The notes under the pieces: model-generated
What the model saw: the letters and a program-made list of their open reading frames with translations, nothing else
Told to the model about the DNA's origin: nothing
Databases searched by the model: none
Translations under genes and position numbers: made by a program
Shown here: positions 19,220 to 28,697 of the stretch, piece by piece
Layout: every line of letters begins with the position of its first letter
Position numbering within the stretch: position 1 is the stretch's first letter
IMG/VR virus record: IMGVR_UViG_2915177872_000003
Span: 4,584 to 68,583 of that record
Length of the DNA: 64,000 nt
Source of the DNA: a virus
Lineage: Duplodnaviria > Caudoviricetes
Strand: one strand, 5' to 3'

Positions 19220-19376
19220 GGTGTTGCCTTTCAGTTTAGTGGTTTGGGATTCACAGCAGACAGGCCATCCAGCCCAAAGCACCGACTTGCCCATCCAGGC
19301 GCCGGCAGAGGAATTACGGTGTTGCGGATACAGAAAGGCCCGAGCGCGGCGGGCCTGGTGAGGATGTTGTCGACGG

Positions 19377-20171
19377 TCAGTCGCTGATGGTGGCGCCGCC
19401 CTTCATGGCAGCGGCACGCGACGCGCCGTCCATGGCGTCGAACTGGGCGCGGGTGATGCTCTTCGCGCCAGCAGCACCGCCGCTGCCACCGGAGGCGCCG
19501 CCGCCCGAAGCGCCCGAGCCCTTCAGGATCTTGTCCTTGTTCGGATACTGGCTGACCATCACCTGGATGGCTTCGTCGAAGTCGGCGTGATTGCCGTGGT
19601 TGGTGGCGGAAAAAATCGGGTTGCCGTTCGCGTCCAGAGGAACCAGCTTGCCGTTGTCCACTTTGAAGCGGTCGCCGAAGACCTTCTGCGCGATATCGGC
19701 AGGAATGGCCAGCTTCTCGGCGATGAACTTCGAGCCGGTGAAGCTGCCGCCGACGATGTGGTTGTTCAGGTCTTGGGTCAGTTTTGCGTTTTGCTCGGTC
19801 AGTTCCCGCTGCTTCTCCTCGGCCGCGCGCGTCGCGGCGGCGACGGCTTCATTTGCCGAGCGCGTGGCCGCGTCCTTGATTTCCTGCACTTTGGCAGCAG
19901 TCGTCAGATCGCCCGTCTTGATGTTCGCCACGGTCTGCAGCGCTTCGGCGGCGGCGGCCGCGTCGGTGATGCCCGCGTCCTTGAATGGCTTCAGCGCGGC
20001 TTCAGCCGCTTCCTTCGCCTGGCGATGGCTCATTGCCTCGCCGTTCAGACTGGAGATCTTGGCCACGGTCGCGGCAGCATCGTGGGCGACTTCGCGGCCG
20101 TCGTCCAGAATGTACACCGGCTTGCCGTCTTGCAGGACCACGTTGCCATTTGTGTCGAGTTTCAGTTTCAT
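19377..20171 (-). CDS. Capsid scaffolding protein (DUF6651-like)
   Basis: MKLKLDTNGNVVLQDGKPVY, coiled coil, ADFDEAI..LV..YP.KD.IL motif; lies upstream of the capsid gene. Confidence 0.85.
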   Translation of the reverse strand: MKLKLDTNGNVVLQDGKPVYILDDGREVAHDAAATVAKISSLNGEAMSHRQAKEAAEAALKPFKDAGITDAAAAAEALQTVANIKTGDLTTAAKVQEIKDAATRSANEAVAAATRAAEEKQRELTEQNAKLTQDLNNHIVGGSFTGSKFIAEKLAIPADIAQKVFGDRFKVDNGKLVPLDANGNPIFSATNHGNHADFDEAIQVMVSQYPNKDKILKGSGASGGGASGGSGGAAGAKSITRAQFDAMDGASRAAAMKGGATISD

Positions 20172-20383
20172 TTTGGGAGCTTTCCGGGCATCCGCCCTAT
20201 CGATGGCCTTCCGGCCGTGCACCGCGTCGCATCCGCTTGCGGCATAAAAAAACCGCCAGGTTGCCCGGGCGGCTCAAAAAAGTAATCGTAAAACTATGAT
20301 CGAGCGCAGATTTCTGCTCGGATTGGGAATCTTTGATACGATGCGTAGCGCTGTTATGCGCTCACACTTGTAAAGGAGTAAAG

Positions 20384-20656
20384 ATGGAAGTCTGCAAATA
20401 TGATGACGCGATCAGGACAATCGCTACTGAGCTCAAGTTCGCTGAGTGGCCAGAAGAAGGCTTTGAGGAAACGCCCGAGTCCGACGAACTAATTCGCGTT
20501 CTGAGTCTCTTGTTCCCGAACGTCGGCCTCAATAAAATTCACGCCGATCTCTCAGATGAAGTAGACATCATTCGATCCCGCCCAGATGAATATGCGGAAC
20601 AGGATGAAGCAATACAGCATATTAACGAACAAGAGGCGCTACGCGATCTCGATTGA
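20384..20656 (+). CDS. Small acidic counter-oriented moron
   Basis: AAGGAG RBS, ATG at 20384, 90 aa. Confidence 0.65.
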   Translation: MEVCKYDDAIRTIATELKFAEWPEEGFEETPESDELIRVLSLLFPNVGLNKIHADLSDEVDIIRSRPDEYAEQDEAIQHINEQEALRDLD

Positions 20657-20670
20657 TGTCCGCTTAACCA

Positions 20671-20895
20671 TCATACCGCGACCCTTTCCCCCTTCAGTAG
20701 GCACCCCACGCAGATATTCTGCCGGGTGCCGCCCTTCAACTTGCGCGCCTGAAGCATGGCGCCAATGACCGTTTCGATGAACTCTCGGCCGGCGCAGCGC
20801 GGGCATTGAAGCATCTCGGCTGGCTTGCTGGCCGTCCGAGATTTCAGCTTAGGTTCACCCGGCGCGGCAGCCGGCGGCACGAGATGTAGGATCAT
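20671..20895 (-). CDS. Small zinc-finger protein
   Basis: CPRC...CVGC; ATGA-coupled to the upstream gene. Confidence 0.7.
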   Translation of the reverse strand: MILHLVPPAAAPGEPKLKSRTASKPAEMLQCPRCAGREFIETVIGAMLQARKLKGGTRQNICVGCLLKGERVAV

Positions 20896-21968
20896 TCGTC
20901 GAGTATACCGCCCTTCCACGCCCTGCGGTCACGTTCGGCCATCTGCTTGAGCGTCAGCGTGCGCCCGCGGTCGTTGGTGAAGACAGAAGCCTTATAGTCG
21001 CCGGCGCGGTACGCCGCGCCTTTGGCCCTGCCCAGGACTTCGTCCTGAAAGGCCTCGCTCTGCTCTGACAGCCAGTCGTTGTAGGTCAGGTTTGCGTCGA
21101 CCGGGCCGCCGACTGCCGATCGCTGGCCGTACAGCTTCTTCTGCCCTTTCAGCAGCGCGATAGAGGTCGACCGGCACTGCCAGTGCAGCCGGCCAGGGCC
21201 TGCCAGGTACGGCACGCTGTGGCCGACCGGCTGGTGGTCGATCGGCGTGTAGTGTAGGTGGTCCCGCGCACGGCATTCCTCAGTGGTGTGGCCGTCCAGG
21301 GTGCTGATCCAGACCTCATCGCCAAGGATGTCGCTGTTCTCCTTGTAAAACTGGGTGCGGGTGATCTGGCCGGTGTGGCTCAGCGCAGTACGCACGACCG
21401 ATTCGATCTGGCGCCGGCTGGTGTCCAGAAGACCGTCGACGTAGTTCACTGCCTTCGTGCCGCGAATCTCTCGCACGATATCGCCAGTGGTCTTGCCTTG
21501 GGTGTAACCGACCGCGATGGTGTCCTTGATGCGCTGCAGGCGGTTGGTTCCCAGCCCAGCGGCCCAGTCTTTCAGCAGGCGCCCCTGCATCGGCTGTGCT
21601 ACGGCGGCCGCGTAGACTTGCGCTGGCACGATGGCGCCGATGCTGAAATCCACGGGCACGATGTGCTTGTACAGGTCGTACTGGAACTGGCCCTCGTAGT
21701 CCACGTAGGCCTTCAGTTCGTCGGTCATGCCGTCGTACAGCGCGGCGTAGGCCTGGGCGTTGAGCTCGCGCGCCGATTTGAGCAGCGCATCCAGCCGCTG
21801 GACCTTGAACGAGTCGGCATCGATGTCGGTCAGGGCTGCGTTCAGCGCGCCGATCAGGTCCGCATCCGTGAGATTCAGGATTCGGATCATCTTCGCCAGC
21901 ACGAAGTTTCCGTAGCCGGCCATGTCCACCTGGTGGCGGACGGCGTGATTCAGTAACGGGTTGATTAT
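20892..21968 (-). CDS. Minor head protein (SPP1 gp7 / Mu gpF family); start codon uncertain (ATA 21968 or GTG 21929)
   Basis: WISTLDGHTTEECRARD and LHWQCRST motifs; the frame is open back to 21968. Confidence 0.85.
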   Translation of the reverse strand: MINPLLNHAVRHQVDMAGYGNFVLAKMIRILNLTDADLIGALNAALTDIDADSFKVQRLDALLKSARELNAQAYAALYDGMTDELKAYVDYEGQFQYDLYKHIVPVDFSIGAIVPAQVYAAAVAQPMQGRLLKDWAAGLGTNRLQRIKDTIAVGYTQGKTTGDIVREIRGTKAVNYVDGLLDTSRRQIESVVRTALSHTGQITRTQFYKENSDILGDEVWISTLDGHTTEECRARDHLHYTPIDHQPVGHSVPYLAGPGRLHWQCRSTSIALLKGQKKLYGQRSAVGGPVDANLTYNDWLSEQSEAFQDEVLGRAKGAAYRAGDYKASVFTNDRGRTLTLKQMAERDRRAWKGGILDE

Positions 21969-23356
21969 GCTGCTTTGGGTTCAGCCATTGCGCCCAATGC
22001 AGGCCCCTCCCCTTCAAGGCGGCCGATTTCGTCCTCCCACGTGACATCCGGCTTGATGATCCCGCGTCGTTGGAACTCCTCGTAGAGGCTTTGTCGCGAG
22101 ATGTAGCCGGACTGGCAATACTTCAGCAGCAGCTCAGCACTCGCCTCAGCCAGCGCGGCAGCGCCGAAGTCCTTGAACAGCGTGACGTGCCCTCCCTGCT
22201 GCTCACTCAGCCACTCGGCCATCAGCTGCAGAGCCTGGTCGGCGGAATCCTCGATGTTTTCGGCCACTTTTTGCAGCGCGCATGCGCCCTGCTCGTTGTC
22301 GGCAAGCGTCTGCGATTCGGTGATGTTGCCTGGTTTGATGACCAGCAGTTCGGCCCCCGCCTGACGCATGCGGTCTTCCAGATCGAGGATCGACATACGG
22401 CCGGCCTCGATGGCGGCACCGGTGTGCTCGACGAATTTCAGGTCGCCGTTCGGATCCTCGGACTTCACCGCGGCACCTGCACCGACCGTGATGGAGCTCT
22501 CGCCCAGCATCTTGGCGAACAGAATCGGCACCCGGGCGACGTGCAGGATGTTCTGCTGGTCGCTCTTGCTCTGCCAGTGCTCGACGTTGGCGTGCGCCAG
22601 CTCCAGCAGCGCCGGCCGGGCCATCATGAAGCCCAAGCGGTTGCCGTACACCGGCACGAATGGGATGCCCTTCAGCGTCGTGACTCCGCTCTCGTGCGGC
22701 GCCCAGTCGTCATTGCCTTTGCCCTCGACCTTGCGCCAAGTCTCCCACGCACCGCGACGTAGCACTCGTACCTGCTCGATGCACTTGACGTCGAACTCGC
22801 CGTCCGGCACCTCCACCGATTCCAGCAGGCGCAGCTGCGTCAGGCCGGATTTGTCGGACAGCCAACCCAAGATGCAGCGTGGGTGGATCTGCACGAAGTA
22901 CGGCCGCACGCCGGCGGAATCCTCGTCTGCCTTGGTCACGTACAGCGGATTGCCGTCCTTGTCCTTGGTGGCCGGGTAGTCCACCAGAATGCCTGAGAAC
23001 CCGTAGCCCAGCGCCTCCTGCCCAACCTCGGCGAGGAAGGCGTGGAGGTTGCGGCCCTGGCGGTCGACGTCCTCACACAGCGTCTGGATCTTGGCCGGAA
23101 CATCCTTGCCGAACGTCACCGGCTTGCTGAACGGCTTGGCGCCCAGCACTTCGATTGTGCGCTGGTAGGCAGGGAACAGCGTGGCAACGGCCAGACGCGT
23201 CGCGTGCGCCTTATCGTCCTCGCCCGGCCACTGCGGCAGGTACTTGACGCCGGCAGCCCGCATGGCGTCGGTGCCGCCCAGCAGCGCATCGATCAGGTCG
23301 CAGTACTTGTTCAGCGCTGCGGCTGCATCGGATTGTTTGCGGACGGCGTGGACCAT
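21965..23356 (-). CDS. Portal protein (DUF4055 family)
   Basis: 463 aa after the terminase; YLPQWPGE, RPYFVQIHP and GIPFVPVY motifs. Confidence 0.9.
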   Translation of the reverse strand: MVHAVRKQSDAAAALNKYCDLIDALLGGTDAMRAAGVKYLPQWPGEDDKAHATRLAVATLFPAYQRTIEVLGAKPFSKPVTFGKDVPAKIQTLCEDVDRQGRNLHAFLAEVGQEALGYGFSGILVDYPATKDKDGNPLYVTKADEDSAGVRPYFVQIHPRCILGWLSDKSGLTQLRLLESVEVPDGEFDVKCIEQVRVLRRGAWETWRKVEGKGNDDWAPHESGVTTLKGIPFVPVYGNRLGFMMARPALLELAHANVEHWQSKSDQQNILHVARVPILFAKMLGESSITVGAGAAVKSEDPNGDLKFVEHTGAAIEAGRMSILDLEDRMRQAGAELLVIKPGNITESQTLADNEQGACALQKVAENIEDSADQALQLMAEWLSEQQGGHVTLFKDFGAAALAEASAELLLKYCQSGYISRQSLYEEFQRRGIIKPDVTWEDEIGRLEGEGPALGAMAEPKAA

Positions 23357-23367
23357 GGAATTCCTTG

Positions 23368-24687
23368 TTACATGAGCAGCGGAGAGACGCTGGTATCGCG
23401 TTTCGTCACAGGCCAGCGCTTCGTGATGAAGTAGCCGCCAGCGTCGTTGGCGTGGTCGAAGCCACCCTTCTTGTCTGGCTCACCCTTGTCGTCGTAGATC
23501 TGGCGCTCCAGCGACAGCGTGTACTTCTGGCACTTGTTCGTGTTGACCAGGAATCGGCGCTGGTCGTAGGTATTGCACAGCATCGCATTGACGCTGTTGA
23601 TCCGGTCCTTCACGGCCGGGTTGCTGTGGTCCACCACCACGGCGAACTTGGCGCCGCGCAGAAGGGTCAGGTCCGACTCGCTCGCGCAGCTGGACTTTCG
23701 GTTTTGGCCGGAGGCATCTGGATAGACCGATACCGTGTGCTGCTGGCCAGCCTGCTGATAACGCTCCTTGATCTTGATGATCATGGCCGGGGTGTCGAAC
23801 ACCTCCGTGAACTCATCCACCGCGCGCGGCATATCGTCGCGGATGACGAAGACCACGGCGGCCATCTTGCCCACGTTGAAGTCCATGCCGATGTGCAGCG
23901 CGTCGCCAGGCTTGACCGCGTCGTCCGTGTGATTCTTCCGACGGTCGAAGCAGTAGTAGATGACGCCCTGGTAATTCTCGAAGCTTGCCAGATACTCCTG
24001 GCGAAACGTACGCGGGTCCATCTTGCGCCGCGCCGCCTCGATCTCCTCCGGCGGGACATTGCCGCCGTCGACCGAGGTGTAGAGCCAGCTCTTGTGGTCC
24101 GGCTCGCGGCCTTGGCCATCCAGATAGCTGTCGTAGCAGTGGTTGAAGCCCTTCGGCGTGCCGATCCGCAGCGCATGGCCGCCGACCCGCTGCTCGCCGT
24201 CGATCTCATACTTGCAAGTCGACAGCATCGGGCGAAGCACTTCTTCCCACGCTTCGTACGGGCAGTCCGCCCATTCGTCCACCAGCACGAAGAATAGGCC
24301 CGAGCCGCGCAGATTGTCGTATGAATCCAGACCTACGATGCGGACCACGTGGCCGGCCTTCGTCGTGATCGAGCACTCGGTCTCGTTCGGCTTGCTCGCG
24401 CGCCAACTGGCCGGGATCGCCTGCTTCAGCCGACGCCAAAAAACGCGCTTCGCCTGCTTGAAGGTCGGCGCGCCGTACCAGATCTCATCCTCGACGCTGA
24501 CGTTCCACTTGGCGGCCAGGCGCACCGCGCGGCGAATCTCAGCCTTACCCAGGAACGTCTTGCCGAAGCGTCGGCCGCACACCGCGTCGCGGAAGCGCGC
24601 CTTCTTCTGGAATCCCCAGCAGTAAATGTTCGCCTGCTTCGGCGTCAGCTTTACCGGCGGGTCAGAGTATGGGCTGGTCTGGGACAT
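23368..24687 (-). CDS. Terminase large subunit
   Basis: Walker A CGRRFGKT, Walker B VLVDEWAD, IGTPKG, nuclease motifs GMDFN and DHANDAGGY. Confidence 0.95.
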   Translation of the reverse strand: MSQTSPYSDPPVKLTPKQANIYCWGFQKKARFRDAVCGRRFGKTFLGKAEIRRAVRLAAKWNVSVEDEIWYGAPTFKQAKRVFWRRLKQAIPASWRASKPNETECSITTKAGHVVRIVGLDSYDNLRGSGLFFVLVDEWADCPYEAWEEVLRPMLSTCKYEIDGEQRVGGHALRIGTPKGFNHCYDSYLDGQGREPDHKSWLYTSVDGGNVPPEEIEAARRKMDPRTFRQEYLASFENYQGVIYYCFDRRKNHTDDAVKPGDALHIGMDFNVGKMAAVVFVIRDDMPRAVDEFTEVFDTPAMIIKIKERYQQAGQQHTVSVYPDASGQNRKSSCASESDLTLLRGAKFAVVVDHSNPAVKDRINSVNAMLCNTYDQRRFLVNTNKCQKYTLSLERQIYDDKGEPDKKGGFDHANDAGGYFITKRWPVTKRDTSVSPLLM

Positions 24688-25141
24688 CTTCGTCAGGCTT
24701 CAGCACATACTCCGGCGCAGCAGGAATGCCGCCCTCCTGGGTGCCCACCGGTGCTTTCGGCGGATCCAGTCGGCGGTTCACGTAGACGTCGCCGACTTCC
24801 TTGGCGGCCTGCTCGATGATCTGCATGGCCAGCGGCAGGTTGCCCTTCGACTCGGCCTTGTCGGCCATTCGGTCCAGAGCGCGCAGCCGCGCAGCGCGAT
24901 TGGCGATGCCGATCTCGGCCGTCTCCTCGCGGAAGCGCTTGCGCGTGTCATCGAACAGCGTGCGCCACTTGATGTTCAGTGTCCGGCCGGCGTACTTCGT
25001 CGGGTCGTAAGTCTCCACCTGCTGGCGGGTGACGTCGAGCTTGAATTGCTCCTTGACCGACGTGACAACCTGGGTCGGCTTGTCGAAGCACGCCAGGGCC
25101 TGCACGATGAAGGCTTTTACGTCATCCTTGAGTGCCGCCAT
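24662..25141 (-). CDS. Terminase small subunit (DUF2280 family)
   Basis: KAFIVQALACFDKPTQV...YDPTK motif; lies upstream of terL. Confidence 0.85.
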   Translation of the reverse strand: MAALKDDVKAFIVQALACFDKPTQVVTSVKEQFKLDVTRQQVETYDPTKYAGRTLNIKWRTLFDDTRKRFREETAEIGIANRAARLRALDRMADKAESKGNLPLAMQIIEQAAKEVGDVYVNRRLDPPKAPVGTQEGGIPAAPEYVLKPDEDVPDQPIL

Positions 25142-25207
25142 GGGGATTGCCTTCCGTCAAGGGGCCGTCAATGTCAAGCCGCCTTCAGCAGACAGGTATC
25201 AGTGCCC

Positions 25208-25705
25208 TTAAATATGGTTCCAGGTGCGGCGCGCACGCACATCGCGCACGGTGCGGACGGACACGCCGAACTGCTTCGCTAGTACCTCCTCAGCGCCTGC
25301 GCCGCGAATTGCTGCCACTGCATTTTCAGTAAGCTTGGAGTAGCCATTCGATTCGCCAGTGGCTCGCAATTTGCCGTAGTGATAGGCATGCAGCCGGTTG
25401 CCGCTGGCAGTCACCCATTCCAAGTTAGTGACGTGGTTATTATCCCTGCTCGCGTCGATGTGATTCACCTCCGTAGCACCTTCGGGTTGCGCCAGGAACG
25501 CTTCAGCAACCAGTCGGTGAACACGAACGGATTTGCGGGTGCCGGGAGCGGAGAGATTTACCGATGGGTATCCGCATACCCGAAATGAGGCGAGAATCGC
25601 ACCGGCCACGCCGCTGTTGCGAGTCGTCAGGCGCTTAACGCGACCATGCGAGCTAACTGCGTAATTCGGCCAGCCGGGCGCGACACGCCACTCTTCCATA
25701 TCCAT
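25208..25705 (-). CDS. NUMOD4-HNH endonuclease
   Basis: EEWRVAPGWPNYAVSSHGRV (NUMOD4) and VHRLVAEAF...NHID..RDNNHVTNLEW (HNH). Confidence 0.9.
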   Translation of the reverse strand: MDMEEWRVAPGWPNYAVSSHGRVKRLTTRNSGVAGAILASFRVCGYPSVNLSAPGTRKSVRVHRLVAEAFLAQPEGATEVNHIDASRDNNHVTNLEWVTASGNRLHAYHYGKLRATGESNGYSKLTENAVAAIRGAGAEEVLAKQFGVSVRTVRDVRARRTWNHI

Positions 25706-25706
25706 A

Positions 25707-26348
25707 TCATCCTCGGGAGCATGTACCACACGCGCGGCTGATCGACGCAGAGCTGACCGTCGGGCCAGCTGCGACTGCATCGATCAGTCGCTGAATCTCG
25801 GGCGTCGCGCCGTAACGGGCGACCACACCAACGAACTCTTCAATGTCGTGCGCGCGCAGCGTTAGTTTCGGCAGCCCCTCTTTAGTGAACTTTGGCGACC
25901 CGAACTCGTCGATCTCCTGCCCTATATGCATCAGCTCGTGTTCGACCAGCGCGCAGAACTCCGCGTCGCTGCAGGTCAGGCAGTAGCTGGCGTCCAAGGT
26001 GATCAGGTAATCGGGCACCATGCCGAACCAGTCGGTCATCTGCTGTTGCTGGCGGCCCTTCTGCCATGGTCCACAGCGGAAGAGCATTTCTTCGCACTGG
26101 CCGATCACCGTGCGGCCCTGCTTGTTGAAGCTGCCCGGTGCCCACAGGAACTGCACGTCGCAGTACTCCAGGTGGGCGTGGTCGGGATTGTGCAGCTGGC
26201 CGCCCTCGGTGAGGATTTCGCCCCGGGCCCAGGTCAGCACCTCTGGCGCTGGGGCGAACCGGCAGTTCAGCGGGTCGGCGAACGCCGTAGGTGGCGAAGG
26301 TCGACCATGCCGAACTTGGGTTTTATCGCGACTCGCCATTCTTGGCAT
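25707..26348 (-). CDS. Phage putative metallopeptidase
   Basis: ALVEHELMHIG (HExxH) followed by HDIEEF. Confidence 0.8.
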   Translation of the reverse strand: MPRMASRDKTQVRHGRPSPPTAFADPLNCRFAPAPEVLTWARGEILTEGGQLHNPDHAHLEYCDVQFLWAPGSFNKQGRTVIGQCEEMLFRCGPWQKGRQQQQMTDWFGMVPDYLITLDASYCLTCSDAEFCALVEHELMHIGQEIDEFGSPKFTKEGLPKLTLRAHDIEEFVGVVARYGATPEIQRLIDAVAAGPTVSSASISRACGTCSRG

Positions 26349-26459
26349 ACCTAATTATTACGTTGACTTGTATACCAATAGTGACAATTGGTGAGATTGT
26401 GTCAATATTGATAGAACTATACTTCAACGGTGGGATGTCCCACTACTCATGAGGATGAT

Positions 26460-27041
26460 ATGAAACGCAAACTCACTTTCGTACTTCTGCTGCTATCCGC
26501 ACTCTTGTCGCCAGTGACCAGAGCTACCGTGTACAACGGCTTCCTGTTTAGCAACAAGGCACCGAGTATGCTGGCTCAAGGCGACTCCCTTGACAACGGC
26601 AGCCATGTTTTGGTCATGCAGACAGATGGAAACTTAGTGTTCTATCGTAAGACTGGGATGGTTCCAGTCTGGTGGACTGGTGTTTACGGCGACTACGCGG
26701 TCATACAAGGCGATGGTAATTTCGTCGTATACAACAAGGCGGGGCAAGCTGTGTGGAGCAGCGGCTCCTACGGTCCAGCGGGAGTGTACTTGTTGACGAC
26801 TCAGCTAAGCCAAGCCGGAGACAGCGTGGTCATCCTGAGGAGCCGGGACGATGGCAACTATGACCAGGTCTGGCAGTCGAAAATTGATCCGAAAAATGAA
26901 CAAGGTTGTCCTGGCGGCAGCAATCCGCAACAATATCCAGTATGCATCAACGGAATGACGTTCAATCTCCCTATGTGCAGTCAAGCTGATGCAGCGGCCT
27001 ACGCACACCAGCAAGGCGGCTACTACGGCGCCTGCCACTAA
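26460..27041 (+). CDS. Secreted bulb-type (B-)lectin domain protein with Cys-rich tail
   Basis: Signal peptide MKRKLTFVLLLLSALLSPVTRA; QxDxNxVxY sites QTDGNLVFY and QGDGNFVVY. Confidence 0.85.
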   Translation: MKRKLTFVLLLLSALLSPVTRATVYNGFLFSNKAPSMLAQGDSLDNGSHVLVMQTDGNLVFYRKTGMVPVWWTGVYGDYAVIQGDGNFVVYNKAGQAVWSSGSYGPAGVYLLTTQLSQAGDSVVILRSRDDGNYDQVWQSKIDPKNEQGCPGGSNPQQYPVCINGMTFNLPMCSQADAAAYAHQQGGYYGACH

Positions 27042-27082
27042 ATCCTTCACGTCCGCCCGCCGCAACTGGCGGGCATTTAAAC

Positions 27083-27787
27083 ATGAACTCACGATCAAAG
27101 ATCATCATCATACTGGCCGGATTCACCCTGGCTATTTGGTGGTTCTGGCCGAGCCCCTCTACTCCGGTCACAATTGAGAACAGCGCGCGCACAGCAGAGA
27201 GCAGCGGACCAATTCTTGATGCTTCGAGAAATCCGCCGACAGCCATAGAGCCAGCCACGCTCTCGCCATTTTCGAAAGGCGCGGCCATCCAACCAGCAGG
27301 TGCCGAAACCGCAGCGACTATCCGCAAAGCGCTCAAGGCTGCCGGCTTGCGCACGCCAGACCGATATTACGCGATGGGATACAAGGAGCTTCGCTCGCTT
27401 GCAGACCAGGGCAACATCTACGCTCAGATTCAACTGGGGGCGCGATACATATTCACCAATAGCGCGCTGGAATACGATCCTGATTACGACTTCTCTAAAA
27501 TTCCAAAGGTCGAGGCGTTTAAGCTTTTCAGCCAAGTTGCCTTGAGGGGGAACGCTTCGGCGGTTGAAATGCTTTCGACAAAACTCGCCGACATAGATCC
27601 TGTCGAGGCGTACAGCTGGAAACTACTCTCCGCAGCGAGTAGCGGCGAAAGCCAGCGCGAATTCTATAAACAAAATCAGTACAACTTCCAGCTCGACGCA
27701 GCCGACATCGCCAAAGCCAGAATCCGCTCGCAGCAATTGATGCAACAAATGATGTCGTTGCCACCACTATCGCTGCCAGCCGAATAG
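27083..27787 (+). CDS. Membrane-anchored Sel1-like repeat protein
   Basis: N-terminal TM segment; ADQGNIYAQIQLGARY, ALRGNASA and DPVEAYSW are Sel1-type motifs. Confidence 0.7.
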   Translation: MNSRSKIIIILAGFTLAIWWFWPSPSTPVTIENSARTAESSGPILDASRNPPTAIEPATLSPFSKGAAIQPAGAETAATIRKALKAAGLRTPDRYYAMGYKELRSLADQGNIYAQIQLGARYIFTNSALEYDPDYDFSKIPKVEAFKLFSQVALRGNASAVEMLSTKLADIDPVEAYSWKLLSAASSGESQREFYKQNQYNFQLDAADIAKARIRSQQLMQQMMSLPPLSLPAE

Positions 27788-27793
27788 CCGGAG

Positions 27794-28039
27794 CTAAGCT
27801 GGGTCGACCGCCAGCATCACAGGCGGCATCGTCACGCCCAGCACGGTCAGCGCGACGGATCCGCCGGCGGCTAGGATGGCCAGCTCGTTCGCGGACGGCT
27901 TCCAGTAGCTGACCACCGCAGGCATGCCCTCCACCTCGATGCGGGTGATCGGCAGCGCGTCGCATGGCAACTGCGCCTGGTCCCAGTCCTTGGGCGCACC
28001 CAGCACTGCATTGTTCGTGTGGTGCTGGTGCTTGTTCAT
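27794..28039 (-). CDS. Conserved small phage hypothetical protein
   Basis: 81 aa, LGAPKDWD...C.ALP...VSYWKPS.EL motif. Confidence 0.65.
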   Translation of the reverse strand: MNKHQHHTNNAVLGAPKDWDQAQLPCDALPITRIEVEGMPAVVSYWKPSANELAILAAGGSVALTVLGVTMPPVMLAVDPA

Positions 28040-28307
28040 AGCATTCTTTCTGTTTGTCGCCGCCCGCTCCGGGCTGGAACCGCCGGGCGCGGTGACCTGC
28101 ACGCGGCGGCCGGAACCACTCGGTCATGTTTCGTCAGCGACTGCGCCCGCTTTTCGTAGCCCGCCCGCTGGAGCGCGATGGACGGTCGCGTTGTACAACC
28201 GAGTCAATACCGGTTCAAGCGACGCACAATTAGTGCTGCGCGCTGACAACAAATATTTTTTGCGATAGCATGGAATTGCGAATTTACACTTATTTCTGGA
28301 GAGTAAA

Positions 28308-28568
28308 ATGCTAAATCTCGCGGAAATCGAACGCCGAATGCTCCTGTCTAACGATGCGCTGACAGTCGATGCCAATGGGACGGAAACGCTGCGCGGCCTC
28401 ACGGTCAACGAGTCAGAGTTCGTTCTCGCCGTTGAAAGAACTGCGTCCGAAAATGTTGGTGCAGCGGAGTCGCCGTTATATAAGGAGCTACGCGATCGCC
28501 ATGTACACTCTCGACAAATGAACGCTGTCCGACGTCGCCTAAGCTGCCCGAAGCCTGGCGCCGAATAG
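28308..28568 (+). CDS. Small hypothetical, paralogue A
   Basis: GGAGAG RBS; aligns with 28698..28952. Confidence 0.7.
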   Translation: MLNLAEIERRMLLSNDALTVDANGTETLRGLTVNESEFVLAVERTASENVGAAESPLYKELRDRHVHSRQMNAVRRRLSCPKPGAE

Positions 28569-28697
28569 TTATCCAGCCCGTCGCATCGATAAACGCATTT
28601 CCCCGCATCAACTGCGATTTCTGCCCCGTAGCGTGCTGCAGAGTGATATCGATCAGCGTAGCATTGGCTCGTTTTAGATAAACGATCGAGGCGAGAA

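Noticed and set aside
25208-25705. HNH gene as a packaging (HK97 gp74-type) nuclease
   Set aside because: The NUMOD4-HNH architecture is that of a free-standing homing endonuclease; common and not novel.
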